Source of the DNA: an uncultured Acidobacteriota bacterium
Lineage (GTDB): Bacteria > Acidobacteriota > Vicinamibacteria > Fen-336
Reading direction: 5' to 3'
Assembly: GCA_963720545.1 (NCBI GenBank)
Contig: OY970399.1
Coordinates: 1,792,001 to 1,856,000 of the forward strand
Length of the DNA: 64,000 nucleotides
In this document: piece by piece, positions 18,862 to 28,972 of the stretch
How positions within the stretch are numbered: position 1 is the stretch's first letter
How the letters are laid out: each line of letters begins with the position of its first letter
The notes under the pieces: generated by a model
What the model was told of the DNA's origin: nothing
Database searches by the model: none
Seen by the model: only the letters and a program-made list of their open reading frames with translations
Position numbers and translations under genes: made by a program

Positions 18862-19640
18862 GCGCGCCACCGCTGGCTCTCCAGCGACTGCTGGGTGAGG
18901 AACAGCGAGAAGCCGATGAAGCTCGCGAAGAACACCAGGTCCTTGAGGTCGATCACGCCCTTCATCAGGTCCTCGATGCGCCCCATCGGTGCGATCTGGG
19001 CGAAGCCGCGCAGCAGCGGGGGTGCCGTGGGCATGTCGAGCCACTGCAGGATCAGCAGCAGCAGCAGCGCCGCGAAGGTGAGGACGGCGGCCACGATCTG
19101 GTTCTTGGTCACGGTCGAGAGGAACAGGCCCAGCGCGATGAAGGCGCCGCACAGGAGCCACAGGCCGAGGAACGCGGCGGCGAGCGGCCGCCATTCGGGC
19201 GGGTTGCTCGCGAAGCGGAAGAGCCAGGCGAAGTTGAGGAACGCGAGCGAGATCATCAGCAGGAAGAACGCCCACGCGCCAGCAAACTTGCCGAGGACGA
19301 TCTGCCAGTCGGTGATCGGCGCGGTGGACAACAGCTCGATCGTGCCCTGGCGCTTCTCCTCGGCGATGAGCCGCATGGTGAGCATCGGCGTCATGAACAA
19401 GGCGACGGTGGCCATGTTGCCGAGCAGCTGGCGGAAGATGATGTCGTTGATCGACATGCGCTGGCCGTATTGCATCGCCTGCGGGTCGGCGGACATCGTC
19501 ACGAACCATTGCAGGATGACGCTGAAGAAGCCACCGAACACCAGCAGCCAGGCGACCATCGTGACGTAGGCGATGGGGCTGCTGAAATAGTGGCGCCACT
19601 CCTTCGCGACGATGGCGCCGATGTTGCGCAGCGACGTCAT
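18858..19640 (-). CDS. ABC-2 type permease (GldF-like)
   Basis: KEWRHYFSSPIAY, TMRLIAEEKRQGTIELL, IVLGKF, KNQIVAA. Confidence 0.9.
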   Translation of the reverse strand: MTSLRNIGAIVAKEWRHYFSSPIAYVTMVAWLLVFGGFFSVILQWFVTMSADPQAMQYGQRMSINDIIFRQLLGNMATVALFMTPMLTMRLIAEEKRQGTIELLSTAPITDWQIVLGKFAGAWAFFLLMISLAFLNFAWLFRFASNPPEWRPLAAAFLGLWLLCGAFIALGLFLSTVTKNQIVAAVLTFAALLLLLILQWLDMPTAPPLLRGFAQIAPMGRIEDLMKGVIDLKDLVFFASFIGFSLFLTQQSLESQRWRA

Positions 19641-20605
19641 GCGGTCACGACCCCCTCCTGGGTTACCGAAACATCTTCGGTGGTGAGCTGCAGGAAGACG
19701 TCCTCGAGGCTCAGGCCCGACTGCGACAGCGAGACCAGGTCGAAGCCCGCGCCGACCACCGCACGCGCCACGTCGGGCCGGATGTCGCGGCCACCCTCGG
19801 CCTCGACGTCGAACGACGAGTAGCCGGCAGCGCCGGTGGTGGGCCGCAGGTTGGCAATGCCGGGCACGCCGCGCAGGGCCTCGAACACCGACGCGGTGCT
19901 GCCGCCGCGGATCTCGAGGCGCACCGGCCGCGAGCCCTTGAGGCGATGCGCGAGGTTGTCGGGCGTGTCCTCGGCGACCACGCGCCCCTTGTTGATGATG
20001 AGCACGCGGCTGCAGGTGACGGCGACCTCGGGCAGGATGTGGGTGGACAGGACCACGGTGTGGTCGCTGCCCAGGCCGCGGATGAGTTCGCGGATCTCGG
20101 TGATCTGCTTCGGGTCGAGGCCGGCCGTCGGCTCGTCGAGGATCAGCACCGGCGGCGTGCCGAGGATGGCCTGCGCGATGCCGACGCGCTGGCGGTAGCC
20201 CTTCGAGAGGCGCGCGATGAGCTTGTCGCGCACGTCGCCAATCTGCGCCTTCTCCACCGCCTCGTCGATCTCGTGCTGGCGTGCCGCCTTGTCGATGCCC
20301 TTGATGCGCGCGCAGAACTGGAGGAAGGAGGCGACGTCCATGTCGGGATAGAGAGGCGGCGTCTCGGGGGCGTAGCCGACCCGCTTCTTCACCGCCATCG
20401 CGTCCTGGAAGACGTCGAAGCCCGCGACCCTCGCCATCCCCTCGGTGGGCGGCAGGTAGCCGGCCAGGATGCGCATGGTGGTGGTCTTGCCGGCGCCGTT
20501 CGGGCCCAGGAAGCCCAGGACCTCGCCCTTTTCAACCCGAAAACTGATGCCGTCGACCGCTGTCTGGCGCCCGTACCGCTTGGTCAGCTTCTCGACTTCG
20601 ATCAT
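19637..20605 (-). CDS. ABC transporter ATP-binding protein (GldA-like)
   Basis: GPNGAGKTT, LSKGYRQR, ILDEPT, STH. Start moved to ATG 20605. Confidence 0.93.
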   Translation of the reverse strand: MIEVEKLTKRYGRQTAVDGISFRVEKGEVLGFLGPNGAGKTTTMRILAGYLPPTEGMARVAGFDVFQDAMAVKKRVGYAPETPPLYPDMDVASFLQFCARIKGIDKAARQHEIDEAVEKAQIGDVRDKLIARLSKGYRQRVGIAQAILGTPPVLILDEPTAGLDPKQITEIRELIRGLGSDHTVVLSTHILPEVAVTCSRVLIINKGRVVAEDTPDNLAHRLKGSRPVRLEIRGGSTASVFEALRGVPGIANLRPTTGAAGYSSFDVEAEGGRDIRPDVARAVVGAGFDLVSLSQSGLSLEDVFLQLTTEDVSVTQEGVVTA

Positions 20606-20699
20606 TCGTGCCGATGATGATAACCAAGCGGCCGTGTCAAGTGTTGTCAAGTTCGAAGGGCCCTGAAGAAGGCTTATAGTCGAGACGAGCGAGGGAAGA

Positions 20700-21602
20700 A
20701 TGTCTGCCAGGTCCATAGGCACCGGTACCGTTTCGTTCGGCATGGTCTCGATCCCGATCAAGCTGTACTCGGCCTCGGAGTCGAAGGCGGCGGTCGGATT
20801 CAACCTCCTGCACGACAAGTGCAAGACGCGGCTGAAGCAGCAGTACGTCTGCCCCACCGACAACGAGATCGTCGGCCGCGATCACATGGTCAAGGGCTAC
20901 GAGTTCCAGAAGGACCAGTACGTCTCGTTCACCGAGGACGAGATCAAGGCGATGGCCGAGGAGTCGCAGCGCGCCATCGAGATCACCGAGTTCGTGCCGG
21001 CGAAGGAAGTGGACCCGATCTATTTCGACGGCGGCTACTACCTCGGCCCGGACAAGGGCGGGGAGCGCGCCTACAAGCTGCTCGGCCAGGCGATGAAGGA
21101 AACCGGGCGCATCGCGCTCGCCAAGTGGGCGGCGCGCGGCAAGATGTACCTGGTGCTCATCCGCCCGTACGAGAACGGCCTGATCATGCAGCAGCTGCTC
21201 TACCCGGACGAGATCAAGAAGTTCGACGAAGTGCCGGTGGGCGACGCCGACATCAAGGAAAGCGAGCTGAAGCTCGCGACCCAGCTCATCGGCCAGATCG
21301 CAAGCGACGACTTCAAGCCCGAGCAGTACGAGGACGAAGTGAAGCGCCGCTACCTCGCGGCAATCCAGCGCAAGGTCGAGGGCCAGGAGATCACGACCGT
21401 GGCGCACGCCGAACCGCGCGCGCAGGTCATCGACCTCATGGAGGCCCTGAAGCAGAGCCTCGCCGGCAAGGGCAAAGCCGGCGCCGAGAGCGAATCGGTC
21501 GCCGACTCACCGCGCAAGGCGCCGAAGCCGGCCCCGCGCAGCAGCGAAGCCAAGCCGGCCAAGTCCGGCCTGCGCGCCGTGGGCGGCAAAGGCCGCGGCT
21601 AG
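20700..21602 (+). CDS. ku: non-homologous end-joining protein Ku
   Basis: ARSIGTGTVSFGMVSIPIKLYSA, VKGYE, DPIYFD..YYL, VIDLMEALKQSL, basic tail. Confidence 0.95.
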   Translation: MSARSIGTGTVSFGMVSIPIKLYSASESKAAVGFNLLHDKCKTRLKQQYVCPTDNEIVGRDHMVKGYEFQKDQYVSFTEDEIKAMAEESQRAIEITEFVPAKEVDPIYFDGGYYLGPDKGGERAYKLLGQAMKETGRIALAKWAARGKMYLVLIRPYENGLIMQQLLYPDEIKKFDEVPVGDADIKESELKLATQLIGQIASDDFKPEQYEDEVKRRYLAAIQRKVEGQEITTVAHAEPRAQVIDLMEALKQSLAGKGKAGAESESVADSPRKAPKPAPRSSEAKPAKSGLRAVGGKGRG

Positions 21603-23239
21603 AGGTCCACGACTCGCAGCGCGCTGGCGGGGCCTTTCCACGCCTTCCTGAATGACGGCTCCAGGAGCGCTGCTTCGCTGGCGCGGTCCTGGGCGCGCAG
21701 CGACTCGATCAGGCCGAACAGCGAACGCGGGCTGCGCGGGTTGCGGTCGAGGTCCTCGCGGAACACCTTCTCCGCCTCCTTCGGCTTGCCCTGGCGCAGC
21801 AGCGCCCCGCCGAGCGACTCGCGCACCGGGTAGTACCACGGCGGCGGCTCGTCGTAGTTGAGGGCGTCCTGGGCGGCGATCGCGCGGCCCCAGGCGTCGA
21901 GCGCGCGCTTGCCGTCGCCGTCGGCTTCGGTGAAGCGCGCCTCGAGCACCAGCGCGCCGACGTTCGTCACCGCGGCTGCGGTGTTGAGGCCGAAGGGAAC
22001 GTCGCCGGCAATGCGCTTGCGGGTCTCGTCGAACAGGGCTCGCTCCTCATCGGCGCGCTTGCGGTCCTTGCCGTGCAGGTACGCGAGCGCCCGTCCGTAG
22101 TGATGGAAGCTGGTGTCGGCAAGGTGCGCCGGGTCGGGCTTCTTCTCGGCGAGCACCGCCGCGAACTTGTGGTTGCGCAGCATCACGAACATCGGCACCG
22201 GCAGGAAGCCCTCGACCATCGGCATCTCGGCGATGCTGGCGCTGGCATTGCGCGCGAGCTGGCGCGCGCCGGCGAGCGCCTTCACGTAGCTGCCCGCCTC
22301 CGAGTAGCCGACGGCGATGAAGTGCAGGTTGTGGCTGTAGTACATCGCCGGATACATGCCCTTGCGCACGCCCGAGGCCTGCATGTAGTTGCGGTCGGCG
22401 AGCGCCGCTGTTTCGTTGATGCGCGCTGCGCCCTCGGGGTCGCCGACCCGCATGTAGATATGCCCGGGCATGTGCACGAGGTGGCCACCGCCGGGCACCA
22501 TGGTCTCGAGCCGCTTCGCTGCCGCGAGCGCACGCTCCGGGTTCTGCGACGCCTCGATCGAATGGATGTAGAGATGATTGGCGCCGACGTGGTCGGGGTG
22601 CTGCTTCAGCACGGCTTCCAGCACCGACACCAATTTCTCGGTGCCGTCCGCGGGCTTGCCGTCCCGGCTCCAGAGCTGCCACGGCTTCAGGATCATCAGG
22701 CTCTCGGCGTAGAGCGTGCCGGCGTCGGCATCGTCGGGGAAGCGTTCGAAGAGCCGGCCCATCGCTTCCGAATAGCCCGCCCAGAGCTTCGGCCAGTCGG
22801 CTTTCGGGTCGGGCGAGAAGCGCTTCTCCAGCGCGGCGATGAACGCCTGCTCGCGCTCGCTGGCACCCCCGGCCAGGGACTTCGCCCTCTCGATCGCCTC
22901 CCAGGTGGCCTTCGCGCGCTCCTCGCTCACGGCCGTGTCGTTGTAGTTGGGGCCGATGGCTAGCGCCAGCCCCCAGAGCGGCATCGCCGCGCGCGGATCG
23001 AGCCGCGCCGCCTCGCGGAAGGAGCGCGCGGCCTCGTCGTGATTGAAGCCGTAGACGAGCGTCATCCCCTGGTCGAAGAACTTCTGGGCGCGCGGGCTCG
23101 CGGTGGTGATGGGGAAATGCAGCGACCCCATCCCGGGTAGCAGCACCGCGCTCGCCGCCGGCGCCGCGGCGGAGTGGGCGTGCTGTGCCGCAGCGGGCAG
23201 GGGTGCCAGGACCAGGACGGCGACGAGCGGAATGCGCAT
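21599..23239 (-). CDS. exported tetratricopeptide-repeat protein
   Basis: Signal peptide; YGFNHDEA, HVGANHLYIH, GHLVHMPGHIY, YDEPPPWYYP; GGAG RBS. Confidence 0.8.
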   Translation of the reverse strand: MRIPLVAVLVLAPLPAAAQHAHSAAAPAASAVLLPGMGSLHFPITTASPRAQKFFDQGMTLVYGFNHDEAARSFREAARLDPRAAMPLWGLALAIGPNYNDTAVSEERAKATWEAIERAKSLAGGASEREQAFIAALEKRFSPDPKADWPKLWAGYSEAMGRLFERFPDDADAGTLYAESLMILKPWQLWSRDGKPADGTEKLVSVLEAVLKQHPDHVGANHLYIHSIEASQNPERALAAAKRLETMVPGGGHLVHMPGHIYMRVGDPEGAARINETAALADRNYMQASGVRKGMYPAMYYSHNLHFIAVGYSEAGSYVKALAGARQLARNASASIAEMPMVEGFLPVPMFVMLRNHKFAAVLAEKKPDPAHLADTSFHHYGRALAYLHGKDRKRADEERALFDETRKRIAGDVPFGLNTAAAVTNVGALVLEARFTEADGDGKRALDAWGRAIAAQDALNYDEPPPWYYPVRESLGGALLRQGKPKEAEKVFREDLDRNPRSPRSLFGLIESLRAQDRASEAALLEPSFRKAWKGPASALRVVDL

Positions 23240-23293
23240 CGTGAAGACTCCTTGGTTGGTGATTTGCAGTCTAGCTCGCGGAGAATAGCGCTG

Positions 23294-24139
23294 ATGGCGC
23301 GATCGACGTTTCGCGGCGGCTACGCGGTCGAGGATGTGGCCAAGCTGCTTGGCGTGTCGCCGGCGCAGGTGCAGGCGTGGGTGCGCGCCGGCTTCGTGTC
23401 GCGCACCGCGGCGCAGCAACCGGCGCGTTTCTCGTTGCAGGACATCGTGCTGCTGCGCACCGCCAAGGAGCTGTCCGCCCAGGTCGCGCCGCGCAAGGTG
23501 AAGGAGGCGCTGCAGCGGCTGCGCGCGCAGCTGCCGAAGGGGCGGTCGCTGAGCGGCGTGCGCATCACCGCCGAGGGCGACGACATCGTGGTGCGCGACG
23601 GCTCGTCCGTCTGGGAACCGGCGTCGGGGCAGCGGCTCCTGCACTTCGAGGTGCGCGAGATCGCCAACAAGATCGCGCCGCTCGCGCGCAAGGCGGCGCA
23701 GGCCGCGCGTGCCTCGGGCGCCGAGCCGGGCCCCGAAGACTGGTACGAGATCGGCTGCGACCTCGAGGCGAGCGACCACGAGCAGGCGCGCGATGCCTAC
23801 CGCCGCGCGCTCGAGCTCGACCCCGGGCACGTCGGCGCGCGCGTCAACCTCGGCCGCCTGCTGCACGAGACCGGCTTCACCCGCGCCGCCGAGGCCCACT
23901 ACCGGCTGGCGCTGCTGGCACACGCCGGGCACGCGACCGCCGCCTTCAACCTCGGCGTGGCGCTCGAAGACCAGGACCGCCTCGAAGAAGCCGTGCAGGC
24001 CTATGGCCAGGCGCTCGCTTCCGACCCTGGCAACGCCGACGCGCACTACAACATCGCGCGCCTCTACGAGCGTCTCGGCCGCAAGGCGGCGGCGATCCGG
24101 CACCTGAAGGACTACCGTAGCCTCGTCGGCGGTAGATGA
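23294..24139 (+). CDS. MerR-like HTH plus TPR protein
   Basis: YAVEDVAKLLGVSPAQVQAWVRAG...FSLQD (MerR-type HTH); about four TPRs (ARVNLG, AAFNLG, AHYNIA). Confidence 0.8.
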   Translation: MARSTFRGGYAVEDVAKLLGVSPAQVQAWVRAGFVSRTAAQQPARFSLQDIVLLRTAKELSAQVAPRKVKEALQRLRAQLPKGRSLSGVRITAEGDDIVVRDGSSVWEPASGQRLLHFEVREIANKIAPLARKAAQAARASGAEPGPEDWYEIGCDLEASDHEQARDAYRRALELDPGHVGARVNLGRLLHETGFTRAAEAHYRLALLAHAGHATAAFNLGVALEDQDRLEEAVQAYGQALASDPGNADAHYNIARLYERLGRKAAAIRHLKDYRSLVGGR

Positions 24140-24834
24140 CAACGACGACGGCGCCGCTGGCGGCCGTCGCCGCGGACGTGATCGCGTGCGAACGCTGCCC
24201 GCGGCTGCGGGCGTGGTGCACCCTGGTCGCAAAGGTGCGGGTGAAGCGCTTCGCGGCCGAGACCTACTGGGGCCGGCCGGTGCCCGGCTTCGGCGACCCG
24301 CGCGCGCGGCTCTTCATCGTCGGGCTGGCGCCGGCCGCGCATGGCGGCAACCGCACCGGCCGGGTGTTCACCGGGGATCGCTCCGGCGACTTCCTGTTCG
24401 CGGCGCTGCATCGCGCCGGCTTCGCCAACCAGCCGACGTCGGTGCGCGCCGGCGATGGCCTGAAGCTGCGCGACTGCTATGTCGCGGCGCTCGCCCGTTG
24501 CGCGCCGCCGGCCAACAAGCCCGAGCCTGCGGAAATCCTCAACTGCCGCGAATACCTGTTGCGCGAATGGGCGGCGCTTGGCCGGGTGCGCGCCGTGCTG
24601 GCCCTCGGCAAGATCGCGCAGGACGGCTTCATCGCGGCCATGCGCCAGCTGGGCCGTGTGCCGCCACGGGGTGCCTTCGCCTTTGGCCACGGCGTGCGCC
24701 ACGACCTGGGCGACGGGCTGTCGCTCTTCGCTTCCTATCACCCGTCACAACAAAACACCTTCACCGGCAAGCTCACTACTGCCGGGTTCGACCGGGTTCT
24801 TGCGACAATCGGGAAACACCTGGAGCAAAAGTGA
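24136..24834 (+). CDS. udgB: uracil-DNA glycosylase family 5 (UdgB, 4Fe-4S)
   Basis: CERCPRL, GLAPAAHGGNRTGRVFTGD, CAPPANKP, YHPSQQN. Confidence 0.9.
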   Translation: MTTTTAPLAAVAADVIACERCPRLRAWCTLVAKVRVKRFAAETYWGRPVPGFGDPRARLFIVGLAPAAHGGNRTGRVFTGDRSGDFLFAALHRAGFANQPTSVRAGDGLKLRDCYVAALARCAPPANKPEPAEILNCREYLLREWAALGRVRAVLALGKIAQDGFIAAMRQLGRVPPRGAFAFGHGVRHDLGDGLSLFASYHPSQQNTFTGKLTTAGFDRVLATIGKHLEQK

Positions 24835-25700
24835 GAAACCCTTCGATCGTCGCCGGAGCCTTCGCCCTGTCGCTCGTCACCGTCATGGGCGGCAGCGCCG
24901 CGGCCCGCGACGCGCCGCGCACCGCCACCTTCAAGTCGGCGAGCCTGGGCCGCGAGGTCGGCTATGTCGTCGACCTGCCCGATTCGTACGCCGCCGGCAC
25001 GCGTCGCTATCCGGTGATCTACGCGCTGCACGGGCTCTTCGAAAGCCCGGCGTTCTGGGAAGGCCGCGGGCTGGCGCCGATCTACCACGAGGCGGTCGAC
25101 CGCAAGGAATTCCCCGAAGCGATCGTGGTGGCCCTCGACGGCGGCAACTCGTTCTTCATCAACGGCCCGCTCGGCCGTTACGAGGACGCTGTGGTGCAGG
25201 ACCTGGTGGCGCAAATGGACGCCACTTACCGCACCATCCCGTCACGCGCGGGCCGCGTGCTGTTCGGCGTGTCGATGGGCGGCTACGGCGCGCTGCGCAT
25301 CGCCTTCGAGCACCCGGGGGTGTTCGGCGCGGTTGCCACCCACAGCGCGATGCTGCTGCAGCAGATTCCCACCGCGGAGGCGGGCGCGCGCGGCGGCCAG
25401 ATGCGCGCCTTCAACGCCGCCTTCGGCGACCCCATCGACGCGGCACTGTGGAAAGCAGCCGATCCGCTCGAGCTGGCGCAGCGCGCCGACGCCAGGGCGC
25501 TGCCGGCGCTCTACTTCGACTGCGGCTCGAACGACCGCTTCGGCCTGTTCGCCGGCAATACCGAGCTGCACCGCCGCCTCGAAGCGCGCGGCATCGCGCA
25601 CGAGTTCGCGCTGCAGCCGGGCGACCACGGCTACGAGTACGTGCGCTCGGTGCTGCCGCTCAGCCTGCGCTTCCTCGCGCAGCACCTGGCTGTCAAGTAG
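24831..25700 (+). CDS. exported esterase (alpha/beta hydrolase)
   Basis: Signal peptide; YPVIYALHG, GVSMGGYGA, DCGSND, PGDH; GTGA overlap with udgB. Confidence 0.87.
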   Translation: MRNPSIVAGAFALSLVTVMGGSAAARDAPRTATFKSASLGREVGYVVDLPDSYAAGTRRYPVIYALHGLFESPAFWEGRGLAPIYHEAVDRKEFPEAIVVALDGGNSFFINGPLGRYEDAVVQDLVAQMDATYRTIPSRAGRVLFGVSMGGYGALRIAFEHPGVFGAVATHSAMLLQQIPTAEAGARGGQMRAFNAAFGDPIDAALWKAADPLELAQRADARALPALYFDCGSNDRFGLFAGNTELHRRLEARGIAHEFALQPGDHGYEYVRSVLPLSLRFLAQHLAVK

Positions 25701-25702
25701 GC

Positions 25703-26554
25703 GTGGCGTTGCCGGCGGCTGCGCTTTGCGTCGCCGCCTTGCTGGCATTCGCGGCGAACTCGCTGCTGTGCCGCGCCGCTTTGGGTCCGGGGCTCGTGCT
25801 CATCGACGCCGCCTCGTTCACCACGGTGCGCATCGCGTCCGGAGCCGCGGCGCTGCTCGTGGTCGCGCTGCTGCGCCGCAGCCGGCCCGGGCATGGCAGC
25901 TGGGCATCCGCCGCGGCGTTGTTCGCGTATGCAATCGCCTTCTCGCTCGCGTACCGCCTGATACCGGCCGGCGCGGGAGCGTTCCTGCTGTTCGGCTCGG
26001 TGCAGGTGACGATGATCGGCACCGACCTGGTGCGTGGCGGCCGGCCGCGGCCCGCGGAGTGGGCCGGCTTGCTGCTGTCGCTCGGCGGCCTCGCGTACCT
26101 TGCCGCTCCCGGAGCGCAGGCGCTGAGCGCACGCGGCGCCTTGCTGATGGCCGCCGCGGGTGTTGCCTGGGGTATCTATTCCCTTCGCGGCCGCGGCACC
26201 ACCGACCCGGCCGGCGTGACCGCCGATAACTTCGTGCGCGCCGTGCCGCTGGCCCTCGCCGCGAGCCTCGTTTCTGGCGGCGTCACTGGACTGGCCGCTT
26301 CCGGCGCGCGCGGCCTGGCGCTGGCTGCAATCTCCGGTGCGGTCACGTCCGGCCTCGGCTACGTCCTCTGGTACGCGGCCTTGCGCAGCCTCAGCGCGAC
26401 GCGCGCCGCGGTGGTGCAGCTGTCGGTGCCGGTCCTGGCAGCGGCCGGCGGCGTGCTCCTCCTGGGCGAGGCGCCGAGCCCGCGCCTGCTGGCGGCGGCG
26501 CCCATCATCCTCGGCGGCGTTGCGCTCGCCGCCCTCCGCCGCGCCGGGCGCTAG
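25703..26554 (+). CDS. DMT/EamA family transporter
   Basis: AFAANSLLCRAAL, AWGIYSLRG, TSGLGYVLWY, QLSVPVLAA; about 10 TM. Confidence 0.9.
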   Translation: MALPAAALCVAALLAFAANSLLCRAALGPGLVLIDAASFTTVRIASGAAALLVVALLRRSRPGHGSWASAAALFAYAIAFSLAYRLIPAGAGAFLLFGSVQVTMIGTDLVRGGRPRPAEWAGLLLSLGGLAYLAAPGAQALSARGALLMAAAGVAWGIYSLRGRGTTDPAGVTADNFVRAVPLALAASLVSGGVTGLAASGARGLALAAISGAVTSGLGYVLWYAALRSLSATRAAVVQLSVPVLAAAGGVLLLGEAPSPRLLAAAPIILGGVALAALRRAGR

Positions 26555-27717
26555 GCTTCGCGCAGCGCCGAGATGATCGGCAGGCGCGCGCCGCGCACCG
26601 CCGGCAGCAGCCCGCCGATGAGGCCCATCAGCGCCGCGAACACCAGGCACGAGACGACGATGCCCGGGGTGATGCGGAAGGCGAACGCAATCTCGCTGAA
26701 GCTCGAGGTCTGGCCAGTGCCGCTCGCGTAGCCGTTCATCGGCAGCGCCAGGATGCAGCCGAGCACACCGCCCACCACCGCGATGAACAGCGACTCCAGC
26801 ACGAAGGTGAAGAGGATGGCGATGCGCGAGAAACCGAGCGCGCGCAGGGTGCCGATCTCGCGGGTGCGCGCGGCGATCAGCGCGTACATGGTGTTCATCG
26901 CGCCGAAGATGGCGCCGACGCCCATGATGAAGGCGACGCCGCCCGCGAGGCCCTTCATCAGCACGGCGACCGGGCCGGCCTGGTCGTCGTAGTACTTGCG
27001 TTCCTGCACGGCCTTCAGCTTGAGCTGCGGGTTGGTGCGGATGAAACTGTCGAGCGCCGGCAGGTCGGCGGCGTCGGCGAGCCGCACCACCAGCACGTTC
27101 ATGCCGCCCTGGCGCTGGAAGGCCGGGCCGACGACGTCGAAGTCGCCCCAGATCTCGCTCTCGAAGGCGCCGCCGTGCGAAGCGAAGACGCCTACCACCT
27201 TCCACTCCTTGCCGTTCAGGACCACGGTCGAGTCGAGCCCGAGGCCGCGAATGCGGCCCGTGATCTGCGTGCCGACGATGATCTCGTTGAGGCCGGGCGT
27301 GAAGTTGCGGCCGCGTTCGATGACGATGCCGTCGCGCACCGCGAACGCCTTTTGCGTGACGCCGCGCAGGGTGACGTTGGTCGGGTTGCCGTCCATCTTT
27401 TCCTTGTTGGCGACCACCACCACCTCGCGCGAGGCCAGCGGCTGGCCGTCGGCGCCGCGCGCCACGCGCGGATCCACGGCGAGCAGGTTGCCCTGGTCGA
27501 GCGGCACCGCCGAGGTGAGTTCGGACCCCGAGCCGCGCTGCACGATGACGGCGTTGTCGGTGCGGCCCGTGGAGCGCAGCGCGTAAGTGAAGCCCGCGGA
27601 CATGGCCATGAGGATGGCAAACACCGCCACCACCAGCGCGATGCCGAGGATGGCGAGCAGCGTCACCTGCCAGCGGCTGCGGACGTTGCGGATGTTGTAG
27701 GAGATGGGAAGTGCCAT
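26551..27717 (-). CDS. MacB/FtsX family ABC permease
   Basis: FESEIWGD, NTMYALIAARTREIGTLRALGF. Confidence 0.92.
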   Translation of the reverse strand: MALPISYNIRNVRSRWQVTLLAILGIALVVAVFAILMAMSAGFTYALRSTGRTDNAVIVQRGSGSELTSAVPLDQGNLLAVDPRVARGADGQPLASREVVVVANKEKMDGNPTNVTLRGVTQKAFAVRDGIVIERGRNFTPGLNEIIVGTQITGRIRGLGLDSTVVLNGKEWKVVGVFASHGGAFESEIWGDFDVVGPAFQRQGGMNVLVVRLADAADLPALDSFIRTNPQLKLKAVQERKYYDDQAGPVAVLMKGLAGGVAFIMGVGAIFGAMNTMYALIAARTREIGTLRALGFSRIAILFTFVLESLFIAVVGGVLGCILALPMNGYASGTGQTSSFSEIAFAFRITPGIVVSCLVFAALMGLIGGLLPAVRGARLPIISALREA

Positions 27718-27727
27718 TGGTCCTGTC

Positions 27728-28960
27728 CTAGACGGTGCGGAACAATTCGGTGATGCGGGCGCGATAGGCGTTCATCGCCGGCACGATCCCCGCGAGCAGG
27801 CCCAGCAGCAGCGCCGCGCCGAAGCCGATGGCGGCGACCGCCGGCGTCAGCGTCAGGCCGGAGAGGCCGAAGCCGGAAAGGAAGGTGGTGATGGCCGGCA
27901 CCGTCTGGAAGACGAAGAACAAGCCGCGGCTGCTGGCAAGGCCCAGGAGCCCGCCGAGCGCGCCGATCAGCAGCGCCTCGGCCACCACCAGCGTCATCAC
28001 CAGGCCGCTCGAGAAGCCGAGCGTCTTGAGGACGCCGATCTCGATGCGGCGCTCGCGAATCGCCATGCCCATGGTGTTGGCCGTGACCAGCAGGATGGTG
28101 AAGCAGACCGCGAGGCCGATGGCGTTCAGCAGCAGCGCCAGGTTGCCGGCCATGGAGATGAAGCCGGCCTTGAACGCCGATTCCGTCTCGGTGTGGGTCT
28201 CGGCATCGCTGTTGGCGAAGGTGGCGTCGACCGCCTTGCTCACGTTGCCTGCCTGCGTGGCGTCGTTGATGTCGATCGTGAAGGTGCCCGCCTGGATCTG
28301 CCGGCCGGTCGCTTCGTAGAGGTACTTGTAGTGGAAGAACATCAGGTTGGTGTCGGTGCCCGGGTACTTGCCGGGGTCGCTGTCGAAGATCGCCTTCACC
28401 ACGAACTCGAACGGCCCGCTCTCCTTGCGATACGGCGGGATGAAGCTCTCGAGGTGGAACGTGTCGCCGACCTTCCAGCTGTACTTGTCGGCGAGCTTGC
28501 GGCCGATGACGGCGCCGCGCTGGTCGGTCATGAATTCGCGCCATTGGTCGGGCGGCACCTGGTACTCGGGATACATCGCGAAGTACGTGTCCTCCGGCTC
28601 GATCGCCATGCTGGGCACGAACGACGACCAGTCCATGCCGGTGTCTTCCTCGTCGGACTTGCCTTCCTTCTTCGTCGGCAGCGAACCGCCGAACCAGTTG
28701 AGCGTGGCGACGCTCTTCACGCCCGGCACCGCCTGGATGCGCGCGGCGTAGGACAGCGGCAGCTCGTTCGTCAGGCCGACCGCATGGCGGGTGACGAGGC
28801 GGCTGGCGCTCGAGGCTTCGAGCTGCACCTTGATCGCGGCCAGGAACGACTGCAGCGTGCAGAACAGGAAGATGCACACGCCCATCGCCACCACGGTGCT
28901 GAGCGTGCGGATCCAGTTGCGGCGCAGGTGCTTGAAGACGTACGGCGCAAATTTGGTCAT
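27728..28960 (-). CDS. MacB/FtsX family ABC permease
   Basis: LPLSY, NWFGG, ANTMGMAIRERRIEIGVLKTLGF. Confidence 0.92.
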   Translation of the reverse strand: MTKFAPYVFKHLRRNWIRTLSTVVAMGVCIFLFCTLQSFLAAIKVQLEASSASRLVTRHAVGLTNELPLSYAARIQAVPGVKSVATLNWFGGSLPTKKEGKSDEEDTGMDWSSFVPSMAIEPEDTYFAMYPEYQVPPDQWREFMTDQRGAVIGRKLADKYSWKVGDTFHLESFIPPYRKESGPFEFVVKAIFDSDPGKYPGTDTNLMFFHYKYLYEATGRQIQAGTFTIDINDATQAGNVSKAVDATFANSDAETHTETESAFKAGFISMAGNLALLLNAIGLAVCFTILLVTANTMGMAIRERRIEIGVLKTLGFSSGLVMTLVVAEALLIGALGGLLGLASSRGLFFVFQTVPAITTFLSGFGLSGLTLTPAVAAIGFGAALLLGLLAGIVPAMNAYRARITELFRTV

Positions 28961-28972
28961 TGCTGCATCCCG

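Noticed and set aside
20700..21602. Phage-borne Ku/Gam indicating a prophage
   Set aside because: Full-length Ku with basic tail; no phage genes or integrase in the window.
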